Source: Azolla caroliniana (taxonomy: Eukaryota; Plantae; Polypodiophyta). Taken from it: a stretch of 64,000 nt of DNA. The notes beneath the pieces were generated by a model that ran no database searches, was not told the DNA's origin, and saw only the letters and a program-made list of their open reading frames with translations. The translations under genes and the position numbers were made by a program. Below, piece after piece: positions 51,787 through 63,290 of this stretch. Within the stretch, counting starts at the first letter, position 1; the number at the start of each line of letters is the position of its first letter. The stretch is taken from positions 14,136,001-14,200,000 of the forward strand of contig JBHGNT010000006.1 in assembly GCA_043228905.1 (NCBI GenBank). The letters run 5' to 3'.

Positions 51787-54700
51787 ATGTCTTCAAAGAA
51801 AATCGAGCACCAAGTCTCCAGGTAAGCGTCTGACACTCTGGACCTTTATGTAAATATGTTTTAGCACTCAGAAACTCAATACGGTGTTCTTGTATAAAGT
51901 TTGCTTTTTCAACAAGAACTCGATACGCCGTATCGAGTTCTTGTATAAATTGTGTGTTTTCAACAAGAACTCGATACGCCGTATCGAGTTCCTGTATTAT
52001 GTTAGTGTTTTATAGAGGAACTCGATACGGCGTATCGAGTTCTTGTGTAAAGTTCTTGTTTCATACAGGAACTCGATACGCCATATCGAGTTCCTGTTTA
52101 AACTTTATGTTTTGCACAGGAACTCGATACGATGTATCGAGTTCCTGTGTAAAGTATGTGTAACTCAATATCTTGTATCGAGTTCCTGTATAAACACTAA
52201 CTTTATACAGGAACTCGATACGGTGTATCGAGTTACTGTATAAAACACAAAATTTAAACAGGAATCTTGTGTCTTTGGGGCAACAATTTAGTATATGTGT
52301 GAAAAGATACCAAACGTTCTGTCAAAATCAGACTTTTTTAGTGACATTTGCCATATTTTGTAACAACTAGGGGCCTTACTTAAAAAGGTTTTATGACCTA
52401 TTATAGCTTACAATAATACAAAATAACCCACGAATTACCTTTATGATACCAAATTTAAGTCTGTCATATGCAAATTCTCTACAATAAAGATATGGAATCA
52501 ATATAAGCCATACCTACCCTTCAAGATGATATATATCCTTGTATACTTATTAAGATATATAATTTTTGAAGTTAAATAGCCCTTACTAGAATGAATTTCT
52601 GAATAAAGGACTATCATGTTCACTCAATACATGATTGATATTTATAGTTTACCACAAATCGCCTGCTAGTTTTAGTCTTCGTCTAATTATGTATATTTTA
52701 ATATACATCCTTAATCTACGTGACCACCTAACTTATGTTTTCGCATGTCCTTTCTTAAATAGGTCATTTGAGAACTTGTCGAACAGACCTGTGAAGAAGA
52801 TAAAGCTCCGGATACAGGGCTCTCAATTGAGACCCAGACCCTAATAGTTCCTGAGAACATGAAGAGAGGAAAAAGGCTTCTCTTCAATGAGGAGACAAAA
52901 TCTCAACCACCCAATGAGGTCAGCCAAAAGAAAATGTTAACAGGTACTGGTGGTGAGGACCTTCCTGACCGTGATCTAACGGACAAGGAATGGTGTATGG
53001 AATACGTCGACTCCAAGAAAAAAGTCGTGTTGTATACAACAAAGAAGAAGGGTGAAGGTCAGCTTGAAAATGAAATCGCATTTATGTATGGTTGTATTCT
53101 AAGATTTGACTACGAAGATTCAGATTCAGCCAACATACTTGTAATGATTGAGTGTTCTAAGGGGGTACATAAAGTGTATCTTTCTGAAGATCTACTAGTA
53201 AAGGAATCTTGTGGGCCAAAATCTTTTAAAAAAGATTTAGAAAGCTCACAAAACCTTATTGTCACCTTGAGGCCTTATATACAAGGCCATGTAAATCTAA
53301 GGGAGCCCTTGCCCTCCCCAGTGAAGGCCCGGAAAAGGGCATCTAAGGTCCAATCAAGACCAACAAAAAAGAAGACCACTAAAATGTCGGACTCCGACTC
53401 ATCAAGCTCAAACAAAGATGAGGACACTAAGGGGATGCCAGGAGCTGAGTTGGCATTGGGTGTGTTGTCATCTGAACAGAATAAGATATGAAGAGAGTTA
53501 ATGCAACGTAAACTGGTCAGGAAAGGGCAAGTGTTTAATTTGCCTATAACACACATCCATCGGCCCCCTATAGATGAAAAAACAGGACGAAGACCACTTG
53601 AGATTAGAGAGCCACACCGAATGTATGTTCAGAATCTCAAGAAAAAAATGAAAATTAATCCACATGCTACCGTTGTGCCTTTTATTGTTATGGTGGATCC
53701 CGAAGAATATGAAACCATTGAAGATTTCGATATAAGAAAGCATGATCAATACAATTACTTTGTAATTGGTGGATCGCATTCGGCGGAGGCACGTTGGCAA
53801 CTTGTGAGAGAACATCCAACGACTTTCTTCTTCAAGTATGCTAAGTGCAAAATTTACGTGGGTCTCACAATTGAAGAGGCCTTTGTTGGCATGGGACTAC
53901 AATAACGATAATGACTATAGGCAGAAAATGTCATCGATTGAGCATATAAGGTTCTTGCACAACGAGTATTTGGACATCAAACAAAAGTTTGGTGTGAAGC
54001 TACATCCAGGCCTACGACATCAATGCTTGCATGAAGTCGGCATTATGGTGGATGATAATGTTAAGTCCGATGGTCTTCGGAAATATGAGTGTTGGTTTCA
54101 GCTTGCCTTTAGAGATGGAGAAGTATGGGACCTACAAGATCAAATCTTCTCAATGTGGGAGAATAAGGAGGTCAAGGGTCAACGACAAAAGAAATGTAAG
54201 GTCGACCCTCAACTAGAATTAAAGTCACAAGTGGCCAAGAAAATTGATTTGACAATTGAAGAAGCGGCTGACGACATGAAGTTGTCTCTGTGGAGAGCGA
54301 TGGAAGGTATTAAGGACGAGCAGCTTCTTGTGTCTATTTTGTCAAGGGTTGTGGCCAAAGGTTTAAGCCTTGAAGAAATGGTCACTAAGTGCAATAAGTA
54401 AGTATTTCAAATAGTGATATTTAATTCAATATGGTGCAATTGAAAGTTCTAATCTCGTTTTCTAATTTCATAGTCATAAGGTGTACATGAAGATCCAAGA
54501 AGTTATGATGAAACAACTTGGATGTATAACTTGGGAACAAGTGACCGAGGATTATCCTCTAGCGTCTTCATATAAGGCGTTATCTGAGTATTTTATTGCA
54601 TTCAAGGATTGGGTAGTATTGGTGGTTTTTCATTAACCTTTCCTCATATGTAGAGGTTGTGTAATAATACTTGATGTCTTATTGCTTCTATTAGAAACCG

Positions 54701-56011
54701 TGTCATGGCAAGAAACAAGGAGAAGTTAAGGATATACACGATTTCCTGGCATCCTTCCTTGCACATCTCGAGAGAGCCAGAAAAGAAAAGGATCGTCGCT
54801 TAGTCAAGGTGTACGAAATTGAGGAAGATGGCTCCTTCAAAAAATTTAGCCACAAAAAGGATATTACAAGAGATCTTTACTACAACGTGGTTTGCGGCGA
54901 TGTCGTTGACATGATCCAAAAAGTGCCAAAGAAGGAATATACGTTAATGATTGCGGATATTCCATACGGATTTCGACTGGCAGGGTCATCATACGACGAT
55001 GAACCGTTTAGGTTTAAACAGTTAGAGAAGATGGTCAAGGATTTTGCTGAGCTAACGGCTGCATCCTTGTGGAGAATAGTTGTGGAGAATAGTTGTCTTT
55101 CATCGTACGGACCAAGGGTACTCGGTAGCTCAAGCTTTGAGATCTCGTTGCCATGGCATTGAGAACCTTGCATGGTAAGGATTATTTATATGTCTCATTC
55201 AATATATTGCCTTTCTTAAGATTGTTCAATCTATTCTTAACTCGATGTAATATTTGTTATAGGATAAAAACCAATGTAAATAGAGGGCCAACCTTTTGGT
55301 TCATAAATGCTATTGAATACATTACGGTTGGCTACTTTGATGAAATTAAGAAACAAAGAATCAAGGAGCATTCTAATGAAGTGGGAGGTTCAAATCTGTT
55401 GGTATATCCAGCAGTGACACGGAAATTGCAACATGTCACCACGACAGAACGGGGACTTGTCAACCCATACCAAAAACCTCAACGACTTATGATGTGCTTG
55501 ATCGAGATGTTTTTTGTAGAAGGATATTGGATATTAGACCTCTTTTTTGGCACAAGGTATTCCTCGAACTAGGTTAACGATGTTGAGATAACCAATACTC
55601 AATACTGAATCTTTTCTATTTGAGAACTAATTCTAAGTTCTTGTTACTTTCTTCACAGGGACAACGTCTGCATGTGCGTTGAAGCTCTTTAGAAACACAA
55701 TTGCATTGGAGAAGGATGAGGAGCAAGTTATATTTATAAACATGAGGATTAAGGCTTTGTGGGAGTGCCCAGACCAGGACGAGGAGGTCGGTGCAAAGAA
55801 CGTCGATGATACCAAAAGGTTTCAACCTGCTTCGCGAGAGCCTATTCCTCCGTTAGCCGGGAATCTGGGGGAGCTAATAGAACTTGATGATGAACTTATA
55901 GAAGATATTTTGTTGGCTCGGCTAATAGGGGAAGCCAATGCACGTATAGCCGAAGAGAGTTCTATACAGGATGATGAAGAAAATGACATTGACGATTTGC
56001 TTGCTATATAA
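51787..56011 (+). pseudogene. Spliced gene for a ParB-like domain plus beta-class N6-adenine/N4-cytosine DNA methyltransferase (about 970 aa reconstructed)
   Basis: Exons 51787-51821, 52763-54397, 54474-54612, 54695-55174, 55263-55556, 55659-56011, all GT-AG. ParB-like IREP...VVPFIVMVD...YFVIGGSHSAEARWQL. MTase VVCGDVVDMI...LMIADIPYG...LAWIKTN...EYITVG...NPYQKPQRLMMCLIEMF...WILDLFFGT-G-TTSACALKLFRNTIALEKD. Lesions: frameshifts at about 52840, 53880 and 55555, TGA 53489-53491, 13-bp duplication 55068-55093. Confidence 0.85.
51870..52240. repeat. Array of about 7 palindromes (AACTCGATAC-N3-GTATCGAGTT core), about 51-bp period, in intron 1 of the cargo gene
   Basis: For example acaagaactcgatacg-c-cgtatcgagttcttgt (51912-51944) has perfect 16-bp arms; further copies at about 51963, 52017, 52065, 52116, 52162 and 52207. 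Confidence 0.92.
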
Positions 56012-57059
56012 TAGACTCTTTTTAAAACACGAAATGTATTGTTTGGAATTCACATTATTAATACAAATTTTGGGTTTTACTTGGTGGATTCTATTCTTTA
56101 TAATCTTCTATATGTTTCAATTTTATTTTTATATACTTGGTTAATAGACTTATGACATTGGTTTCACCACGTGCATTGCTGACTACCAAATTTATGGAGA
56201 AACATGAATTAGTTTAAATTGAGGCTGATTTTGGTCAAACTTTACCTTAACATAATATGGTCGTAGAATTGTTGCTATGATTGTCCATGTTGTTTCTATG
56301 GATCTTTGTCTTCTATTGTTAAAACTATTATGTTTCTCTTCCATTGCTACTTAGATTGTGTAGTGTGTTGATAATGGTTCCACTAGCGTTATCCGCATGT
56401 TTTTATACGCTTGTAGTTCCACTAGCGTTTTCGTTTGGAGTTTGATCCCGTGTGAATCACCTAACGAATAAATTAGATCAATTTTAAATACAAGTATGAA
56501 AGCCTTAATAGGTTTGTTATTTCCACCACATTATCCTAAAGTTCATTGTCTTACATTGTCCACAATTATAGACATATGGTTTGATCCCATACGAACAAAC
56601 TGAGGAATAGATTACATCAACTTTAAATACAAGTATTAAATACATTAATAAGTTAGTTATTCCAATCACATTATCCTAAAGTGCACTATCCTACATTGTC
56701 CACAATTATATACATGTGAGTATGGGTCAAAGTATAAATTATAACTCATTTTATTGGTATGGTTACAAGTACACCTCATATTTTTGTAAAACTTACCAAA
56801 TTAATATAAGTCTTTAACTTAGTGTTTGCCATGTCGCACATTAGTGACATATTGAGCCATTGTTGAACTTTATTATGCCTACATTAACTTATCAACACGT
56901 CCAAACTTATTTGAATTTCTAATGATCTCCACTCGTAGACCTATCATGTATTTTTATATTTGCAAATTCTAATCAAGTTGTGGAACATGTGATACTAGTG
57001 CATCCAATTTTTGTAGAGAGGGTATATTTGGATAGTTTCAAGAAGATTCTACAAGTGGA

Positions 57060-57095
57060 ATGCGTAATCCTTCCACTTGTGAACGCGAACGTGTT
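57060..57095 (-). repeat. Right TIR
   Basis: atgcgtaatccttccacttgtgaacgcgaacgtgtt, the reverse complement of the left TIR with 3 mismatches. Confidence 0.95.
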
Positions 57096-58296
57096 AAAGG
57101 TAAAACTCATCCTAGCCATGCCACCTCCCACGAACGAGAAACAACTACAAGCGTTCATGGGATATGCAGGTTACTATAGACGCTTCATTAAGATGTTCAC
57201 GGACAAGGCCAAACCACTCTATGCCCTACTAAAGCAGTATACTTGGACGGAAGAGTGCACACACTCGTTCAAGCTCTTGAAAGAGTGCCTAACTAAGGCC
57301 CCCATCCTCCGACCCCCAGACTCTAGACCAAAGACTTCCACGTTCACACCAACGCTTCCGCCTTCGCGATTGGTAGAGTGCTAGCTCAACCCGACGAAGG
57401 GGCACTCGACCTACCGGTCACCTTCGCTAGTCGTCAACTGAATGTCGCATAACGAAATTACTCCATGACAGAACAAGAAGCTTTGGCCATGGTTTACAGC
57501 GTAAAAAAATTCTGCCACTACCTCTTGGCGTCACGGTTCTCATTTTTCATAGATCATTAGGCCCTCCTCTACTTGGTAAACAAAACTCACGCCATCGGAC
57601 GCATCTCACGATGGATCGTAACGTTACTCGAGTTCGACTTCAAGGTAGTGGTGAGAAAAAGAAAAGACCATGTACTCGTCGATCATTTCTCCCGGATACC
57701 AAATGGAGAAGAATCCATTGGGGTCGACGATGAAACACTAGATGCAGCATTATTCATGATCGACACTGTACCAGCATGGGCATCAAACATTGTTCGCATC
57801 TTAACTGACAGAGCGTCCTTCCTAAAACAACTAAACCGGGCACACGCGCATGTCTTGTTAAAGAAATGTGGCCCCTTCACGATGCTCAGAGGCAACTTGT
57901 ACCGACGAGGAAACAATGATCTACTTCGGAGGTGTGTAACAGACCATGACGTCGTCGCCACCCGAGAACAAGCTCATTGCGGAAGCAGAAGTGGACATTT
58001 CAATCACGAGGTCACCGCATGCAAGATCCTCCAGTCCGGCTTATGGTGGCCAACACTCTTCAAAGACACATATGAGTATGTACACTGTTGTGATGAGTGC
58101 CAACGTTTCAAACACCCACTAAAAGCGGATTTCAATACATTAAACCTGGTGGTGGCATGGCAACCGTTCGAGAAATGGGGTATCGACTTTATCGGCCCAA
58201 CCGGCCAAGCTTCCAACCTCAATCGATACATAATAACTGCCACTGACTACGCTACCAAGTGGGTGGAAGCTAAAGCTTGCATTAATGCCGACGCGC

Positions 58297-59352
58297 TGTC
58301 GTAGTGTATTTCGTACACTAAGTGAAAAAGTAAAAATAATATAACCGATTTAATTACATATAAATAAATAAAATAAGAATATTAAGATATTTATCACATG
58401 CATAGGGCAAGATTCAAACCTTGTACCTCCACATAGCCAAACCTCAACTTTACCATTATGCTACCTTATCTTTAGTGTTTTACAAATAGATTTAATAACT
58501 ATAAGTGCTTTATTTGTGCCTACCTTTATTAAAAGGTAAATCATGTATTTTTAGAGTGCGTGAATATTTTATAGAAAAACGCAAGCAACTAAAAAGTGAC
58601 TCATGCACATCTAGCGTGCATGAGCACTATATTTAGCAAATAAAAGCAAGGATTAGAAAAGCATCACATGCACATTTAGTGTGCATGAACATATTAGAAA
58701 AAAGCATGTAGCTATGCTTAGTCTCTCCCATCACTATATAAGGATGGGGAGCACATTGTAGTTTTTGTTGATTTTTTTTCTATAATGATGAATCAATCTA
58801 AAATATTCGTGGGATTCACGAATTTGCTAAAATAATTCTCTCTTACTACCTAAATATTGACTAAATATACTAAACTCGAGGGATTCACAAGATTCTTATC
58901 TTATAACTCTTTATACCTATTCTTTACTAGCCTTATTTGTATTTTTCTTCCTCCTAGTCCAAAACCTCGGCGGTTCCCACCCGACTCACGCAACGATCCG
59001 GCGCCGAAAGGCACGACACATTTGGCGAACCCGACGTGAAGACGGGTGGCAAGGGGATGGAGAATCAACAAGAGGCGATGAACATGATGATGATGATGGT
59101 TGAGTGGATGCAACAAGAACAACGCGCGATGACGGAGATGAAGGCGGCAGTAGAGCGGCTTGTGTGACGAAATGGGGAATTCAACGGAAATGATGTGTCA
59201 CGCTATCTACGTGACTACAAAGTGGAGATGATGCGATGTGGGATACCGGAAGGATTGCAAGTGATATCCTTCAGTCGGGTAGCCACGGATGAGTTACAAG
59301 AAAGAATCTACAAGATACGGCAACAAAATCCAACATGGGGGTCCCAGCTCGT
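58297..59352 (+). mobile_element. 5' end of an LTR retrotransposon (probably gypsy): LTR 58297-59018, tRNA-Trp-like PBS, gag start; interrupted by a copia
   Basis: TGTCGT...ACGACA LTR; TGGCGAACCCGACGTGA at 59023-59039; gag-like FNGNDVSRYLRDY...NPTW. Confidence 0.8.
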
Positions 59353-62297
59353 TGTTGAGATACAAGCTCAACATTGGCCGGATCGGTTGTGCAAGCCGAG
59401 AACCGGATCGGTTGGGGCCGATCGGTTAGGCCAGACTGATGCGTAAAACGGGTGCGTAAACCAGTACGCAACTGGTGCATAACGAGAAGCCGTAACGGTG
59501 CGTAAACCGCGAGGCCGTTGGAAAGATATTCCGCATAGGAATATATTTTGGGAGTTAGCATAGAGCTCAGTTATGAGCATTGAAGTACGTGTCAGTACTT
59601 CTGTCAGTCCGTATGGACTTGTATAAAAGTGCTCACTGAGCACATCCTATGTACAGATTGAGTATTATTTTGAATCGATTTTTTTCCTTTGTGTTCTCTC
59701 TCTGTCTCTCCCGCGTACTGTGCATATACAAGCTCTCCATTAAACCTGCGTATTTTCTATGTTCAATTTCCTATTGCTTCTGCACGCTATTCTTCACATG
59801 GTATCAGAGCGCGAGCGTTGGGAACCTTTGCAGCCGACATAGCTTGAAAGGGAAACTAACTAAGAAGAACAAGTAAAACTGATGGATAGAGGCATGGCTC
59901 GCTTCCGACGGAGAAGCTCGATAAAAACAACTACGCATCTTGATCGTACAAGATGCACCAGTACCTGCTCGGGCACGGTTACTGGAGCTATGTCGACGGA
60001 GCAAATGACACAGCACCCGAATTGACACAGAGATTTCCCGGTGTGGGAATAGTCGGCGAGCAGAGTACTATACTGCTTTGCGTCTTCTGTGGGTGAACAG
60101 CTCCTAAGCTACATTCGGGATGCAAAAACACCAAAAGATGCTTGGGGAAATCTGAAGAAGATTTTCACCACAAGCACTATAGCCAGGAAGCTTCAACTTC
60201 GACAGGAGCTGAGCAACCTATGACAACGCGATTTGTGGGTGGCTAATTACACCTCGAAGATCAAAGATATATGTGACTCCATAGCCTCCATCGATGTGAA
60301 CATCGAGGACGGCGAGATGGTGCAGATCTGTCTCGGGGGACTGGCATTTAAGTTCGGAGCATTCCGAACTGCTGTGTGTACACGGGAGAATACGCCATCG
60401 TTTTTCGACCTACAGTCGATGCTCCTTATAGAGGAGAGCCACGTGGGTGCGTCGATGACCACGCATGCTGACAACAAGATGTTGTACACGGAGGGAGATA
60501 GGCCCCGTGGTCGTGGCGGACGAGGCGAGTCGGTGCGCAATGGAGGCTACTGGCGGGATCAAGGACGAAGGCACCGAAGTGATGCCGACAACAATTCCAG
60601 ACCCTCTAGAAACAGGGAGAGTCGAGGCGATGAGAACCGACAAGAGAAATCCGTTGCGGAATGTTGGTATTGTGGCAAGAAAGGCCACAAGGAGAGCGAG
60701 TGCTGGAAGAAACGCGTTGATTCAGAGAGGACCGGATCCGGATCAGGCTCCAAACAAACCGACAAAGGAAATCAGCAGCGATCGCACTACGCCACAGGGT
60801 CCGGAAAAGCCGGAAAAGGGTCTGCCTTCGTGACGAGACACGAAGCGAACTCGATGAAGATGTCCACCCCAAAATCGGACGAGGTGTGGTACGTTGACTC
60901 CGGTGCGTCAAATCACATGACGTGCCACAAGGAGTGGTTCTCGTACCAGGAAAAACCGATTGAACCGGGAGTAGTCGCAACTGGAGACGACACTCCGCAT
61001 CTGATCGCGAATGTTGGTGAAGTTCCCTTGAGCCATGTCGGGCAGAAAGGGAAACTTATGAACGTGTTGCACGTCCCCACAACCACAAAGAATCTGGTAT
61101 CGGTCAGGTAGATCGTCGACCAGGGGATGCAAGTCCGGTTCAAGCATCTCGGGTGCTTCATCGAAGAAGAAGGCTGAGTTATTGCTATTTCGCAAGGGCG
61201 CAAAGACGGGAGGATGTTTATACTCGACTATAGTGATGGTGGCACCGCAATGTTCACGAAAGGACAAAAAGTCATGTCAGATATCAACTTGTGGCACAAG
61301 CGGATAGGCCACGTCAACTATCAACGGCTTCAGGACCTGCAATCGAAACATGTGGTGTTCGGATTGCCCAAATTTAGTTGCCGAAAGGCACAAATAAGTG
61401 AAGCCTGCCAACTTGGGAAGCAACACTGACTTCCTTTCCCTAACGAGCATAATCAGAGCCGGAATAAGCTCGACTTGATACATTCCGATGTATGGGGGCC
61501 GGCACAGAACGTTAGTCTTGGCGGGAGTCAATATTTTGTCTCCTTCATCGACGACTATACGCGGCACATGTGGATCTATCTCATCGAGAAGAAGAGTGAA
61601 GTCTTCGACTATTTCTAGGACCTCAAAGGGTTCGTGGAAACGAAAATAGGACGGAAGATCCAGTGCTTGCGATTGGATGGCGGAAAAGAATACTTTTCCG
61701 GTCAATTCAACGGCTATCTGCAACATATGGGAATTCGGCGCGAATTCAGTTGTAGATACACTCCAAAGCAAAACGGTGTGGCCGAGAGGAAGAACCGGTC
61801 AATTGTAGAAGCGGCACGGGCAATGCTGGAGGAGAAGAGCTTGCCCAAGTTCTATTGGGCCGAGGCGGTACGAACCGCAGTATACATCCAAAATCGGATC
61901 AGAGACAGTGTCGGCGCATGAGCAGTACTTCAGAAGGAAGTTGAATCTACGACACTAGAGAGTTTTTGGTAGCATTCCGTATGTGCATGTACCGAAGGAG
62001 AAACAGAGGAAGTTGGACGTGAAAGCCGAGAAGTGTATCTTGGTCGGCTACTCGGACGAACAGAAGGGTTATAAGTGTTATAACCCTCGCACCAAACAAG
62101 CGCGCGTCAGCCGTAACGTTGGGTTTGACAAGTCTGCGTCTTGGTACTTGCCTCCAACTCCGGACCTCACCTCCAATCCGAGTTCTGATGATGAGGTCAG
62201 TGAGGCCGAGGTGCCTCCGAATGAGCCTGAAATCGGGACCCATGAAGAGAGTCCGATTTCGTTTCGGTTAAGCGGATCGGATGTACGACTAAGTTAG
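59353..62297 (+). mobile_element. Ty1/copia element, degenerate, 3'-truncated after integrase (same family as 1..3211)
   Basis: LTR 59353-59798; PBS 59799-59810; gag knuckle CWYCGKKGHKESEC; WYVDSGASNHMT; integrase LRLDGGKEY and QNGVAERKN. Confidence 0.93.
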
Positions 62298-62299
62298 TT

Positions 62300-63290
62300 C
62301 AACCTAGCTTTCTCAATGTTCTCTCAATAAATTCTTATATTTTGTTATTTCTTCATATGTTGTCCCACTCTTTGCTATGCTTTTTAAACTTGCGCATATA
62401 GAACAAACACCCATCCGAACCTTGCGGGGTATGACCACATTGTTAAACTTCAATCTCCATAAACGATTAAAATGTTGATATTGTATGTAAGGTACACTTT
62501 CCAATAACATGTCATCCTTATACACTTGGTATACCTCACGACGAGTGAAGTTATCTGACAAATGTAACCTTATAGTGGTGGGCATAACATCACATTGCTT
62601 TGAGAAATATATCTCCATCCATCTAACAACATGTCACCCAAGTAGACCCTTACATGTCGATTTTGTATTGTTGAAAGGTACCCACCACCCTTTAAGTAAT
62701 TGATGTTGAATTCTTTGTAGCCTCATGTTCCCGATACTATAGGCAATTTTAAAAGCAACTCGACAACTCTCACCTGCTGAGAACATGACACTACTAGATG
62801 GTCCTTAACAAGTTGCATATTGGCAATCAAGAATGTATCTTGTTCGTCGTTATTGAGAGACAAATACTTTTGTCACAACCCCCGCAAGTTTGCCTTTCCA
62901 AATTTTGATAGACAAAGGCTCCCACAACATACCTTGCATATATCAATTGCAATTTGGCGATCTGAACACATAAAATTATATCGTTTAACACTCACTTGTC
63001 GAGGAACTCTTCAAAAATTTAGAGGCTTGTTGACACATTCGTCGTCAACATTCGATAAACTAGACTCATCATGATTTGTATCTACTTTAATATTTCTTAT
63101 TTTACCTAAGTTAAAAGGCTCTATCGAAAAAAGTGACGTCGAACTTTGCTCTCGATCGTTGTTTGAGTTTATATGGCACCGTTTATTATTAACATGGTTA
63201 TATTCCTCGATTGAGAATAACGAGTCATCAGATAATTTAAAAGGGTGAATAGAAAACAGAGAATTTTTACTGAAGTTTGAGGACATTTTG
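62300..63290 (-). pseudogene. 5' half of Sola1-like transposase (copy 3)
   Basis: LFSIEEY/FSIEPF repeats, CCG.LC, CRVAFKIA, CDVMPTTIRLHLSDNFTRREVY, FNRLWRLKFNNVVIPRKVRMGVCSICA, all matching the 49574..50917 ORF. Confidence 0.85.

Larger units (their letters stand above)
47774..57095. mobile_element. Sola1-like TIR DNA transposon (9322 bp) carrying a transposase and a ParB-methyltransferase cargo gene
   Basis: 36-bp TIRs (33/36 match); 4-bp TSD AAAG at 47770-47773 and 57096-57099; removing the element restores the gypsy RT frame GISTDEAK|VKLILAMPPP. Confidence 0.93.
42167..58296 (+). mobile_element. Ty3/gypsy retrotransposon, degenerate, interrupted by the TIR element and cut off in integrase
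   Basis: LTR about 42167-42684 (TGTTG...CA) with PBS-like TGGCGCTACC at 42691; gag with knuckles CFNCQGPHMVSEC and CPGCGKEHLVPDC; protease (AIIDT..GVSIVS, CLLGRPFL); RT (GYNQISV, MPVGL, VDD) to 47773, resuming at 57100; RNase H; integrase (HCG..SGH, CCDEC, WGIDFIGP). Confidence 0.9.

Noticed and set aside
51870-52240. CRISPR array (palindromic repeats with variable spacers)
   Set aside because: Spacers are only about 20 bp, AT-rich and mutually similar; there are no cas genes; the array lies in a eukaryotic intron.
54809-56011. Bacterial contamination or a restriction-modification operon
   Set aside because: The methyltransferase has GT-AG introns and sits within TIRs/TSD inside a plant retrotransposon; no restriction endonuclease is recognisable.
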